Source of the DNA: Rhodospirillales bacterium RIFCSPLOWO2_02_FULL_58_16
Lineage (GTDB): Bacteria > Pseudomonadota > Alphaproteobacteria > Rhodospirillales > 2-02-FULL-58-16
Direction of reading: 5' to 3'
Assembly: GCA_001830425.1 (NCBI GenBank)
Contig: MIAA01000016.1
Coordinates: forward strand, 164,663 to 228,662
DNA length: 64,000 bases
A program made the translations under genes and the position numbers. Shown here in pieces: positions 62,965-64,000 of this stretch. Below the pieces are notes generated by a model. The model saw only the letters and a list, made by a program, of their open reading frames with translations, made no database searches and had not been told where the DNA came from. Every line of letters begins with the position of its first letter. The stretch's first letter is position 1.

Positions 62965-63703
62965 AAAAGCCTGTTCGGGGATTGTTGTTCTTTCTTCGAA
63001 ACAATAACGCAGAAGGAGCGACCGGGACGCCGGTAATTTGTTTCAAAAAAAATGATGTAATTTCATGGAGTTAGGAGGAGGCGTCGGCCATGTTCAGCGC
63101 CGGCGCGTGGGGGCGCGCAATCATCGTTACAAAAAGCCGGGCAGTCTGTCGGCGCATCGGCGAGGGCCTGAAAGACGCTCCGGCGCGGGGGTGACCGATT
63201 CCTCGTCCGCTGATGCCCATCGACCGACCGTCGGGATTGCCCGGAATTATTTGTATCGGCTTCGATTCGGCGGACATGGGGTTCATAGACAAGCGCAAAG
63301 ACTATTGGATCGGGTTCCGGCCGGGAGCATCGGGGAATCACCGGCGAGGAGCCGAATAGGCCCCATAATGGGCTGTGGACCTGGGGTTTAGCGGTGAATC
63401 GGCAGTAGACGTCGGTAAAAACAGCCAAGGGCGCACAAGAAAACATACAGTGATTTCAATCGGTTATTCGGGAAATATGAAATATTGGGTTAGTTTATTA
63501 ATGAAAGCTTAGGAATTGCCTGAATTATCCCTCTTGAATAACAACAGGCGTAGTTAGTAGGGGCTGTTTTAACCGGGTAAGTCCGCAACCGATAACGACA
63601 GTTGACTGGAGGCGTAAAAAACGTAAATTCATTTGATGGCAGATATAGGTGTACGGTTGGATGTTACCTACCATTCATAGATATATTAGGGCTATGCTCC
63701 GTT

Positions 63704-64000
63704 ATGTCCGGTAATGCACTGAAGCACTCGTACACCATTCCCTGCTCGTCGGCTTTTCGCGACGCGGTCATCGAACTGGCCGGACGGGCTAATGTCAATG
63801 TTGCCGATCTGGCGCGTTCGGTGGTGTTGATGATGCCGGCGGAGACTATTGCCGCCTTTCCCGACCCCGGAGAACCGGGGATGAAAGACCGTGAAACCGT
63901 AATTCTCAAGTCGGGATCGGCCAAAGGGCGGCCTTGGCGGCGCAAGCCGCGCCTGCAGGTGCGCATGGCCCCGCAATGCGATATCGTAACCATCCGTCGC
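63704..64000 (+). CDS. hypothetical protein, N-terminal 99 codons (runs off right edge)
   Basis: Open frame from ATG 63704 to the window end: MSGNALKHSYTIPCSSAFRDAVIELAGRANVNVADLARSVVLMMP...RRKPRLQVRMAP. It shows GC3-rich codon use. It is absent from the track because no stop lies in the window. Confidence 0.45.
   Translation, partial: MSGNALKHSYTIPCSSAFRDAVIELAGRANVNVADLARSVVLMMPAETIAAFPDPGEPGMKDRETVILKSGSAKGRPWRRKPRLQVRMAPQCDIVTIRR

Noticed and set aside
63063-63446. 127-aa minus-strand and 108-aa plus-strand ORFs
   Set aside because: They are mutually overlapping, Arg/Pro/Ser-rich with no motifs, and have no start context. I left the region unannotated (see last finding).

Overview
GC-rich chromosomal segment. 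Gene order and a permuted two-piece tmRNA point to an Alphaproteobacterium. Layout: (1) 1-17.6 kb is the conserved origin neighbourhood: rho, hemJ, hemH and hemE on the minus strand, then a 399-bp AT-rich gap with DnaA boxes (probable oriC), then a DUF299 kinase gene, aroE, coaE, dnaQ, secB, Tim44-like, mltA, smr, hslVU and hisBHAFE-hinT, with VapBC-type toxin-antitoxin loci interspersed. (2) 18.3-19.9 kb is a copper-handling trio: Csp-like Cys-rich four-helix protein, PCuAC and SCO1. (3) 20.2-50.8 kb is an uninterrupted block of about 32 plus-strand genes that I read as an accessory respiratory island. It holds a thiol-redox/cytochrome-maturation operon (CcmH-like, three tandem TlpA-like lipoproteins, CcdA) and a highly divergent NosZ-like beta-propeller/CuA-cupredoxin protein. 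It also holds two Rieske-less cytochrome b modules with fused c-heme domains, two Vgb/NHL-like propellers, an ABC-2/GldG/DUF4340 transporter and a LivK-like binding protein. The remainder is five dedicated c-type cytochrome genes (four more proteins carry a single CxxCH), a CydA-like 'bd-like' oxidase subunit without CydB, a dihaem-c/EB_dh haem-b protein, and a co-transcribed tetrapyrrole module (USP-PCP_red, NirJ/Ahb-like radical SAM-PCP_red, HemY-like oxidase). This island is the best candidate for an undescribed system, centred on the NosZ-like enzyme and the bd-like oxidase. (4) 50.9-64 kb is housekeeping: rplM-rpsI, argC, fumA, sspB, ssrA, Memo-AMMECR1 fusion, cysQ, sua5 and an FAD oxidase, plus decayed toxin-antitoxin loci, an iteron-like 21-bp array and a lower-GC glycosyltransferase-like gene. 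Two dispersed palindromic repeat families (six and two copies) sit in intergenic DNA, and one insertion truncates a toxin gene. All domain and family calls come from motif recognition by eye; no searches were run.
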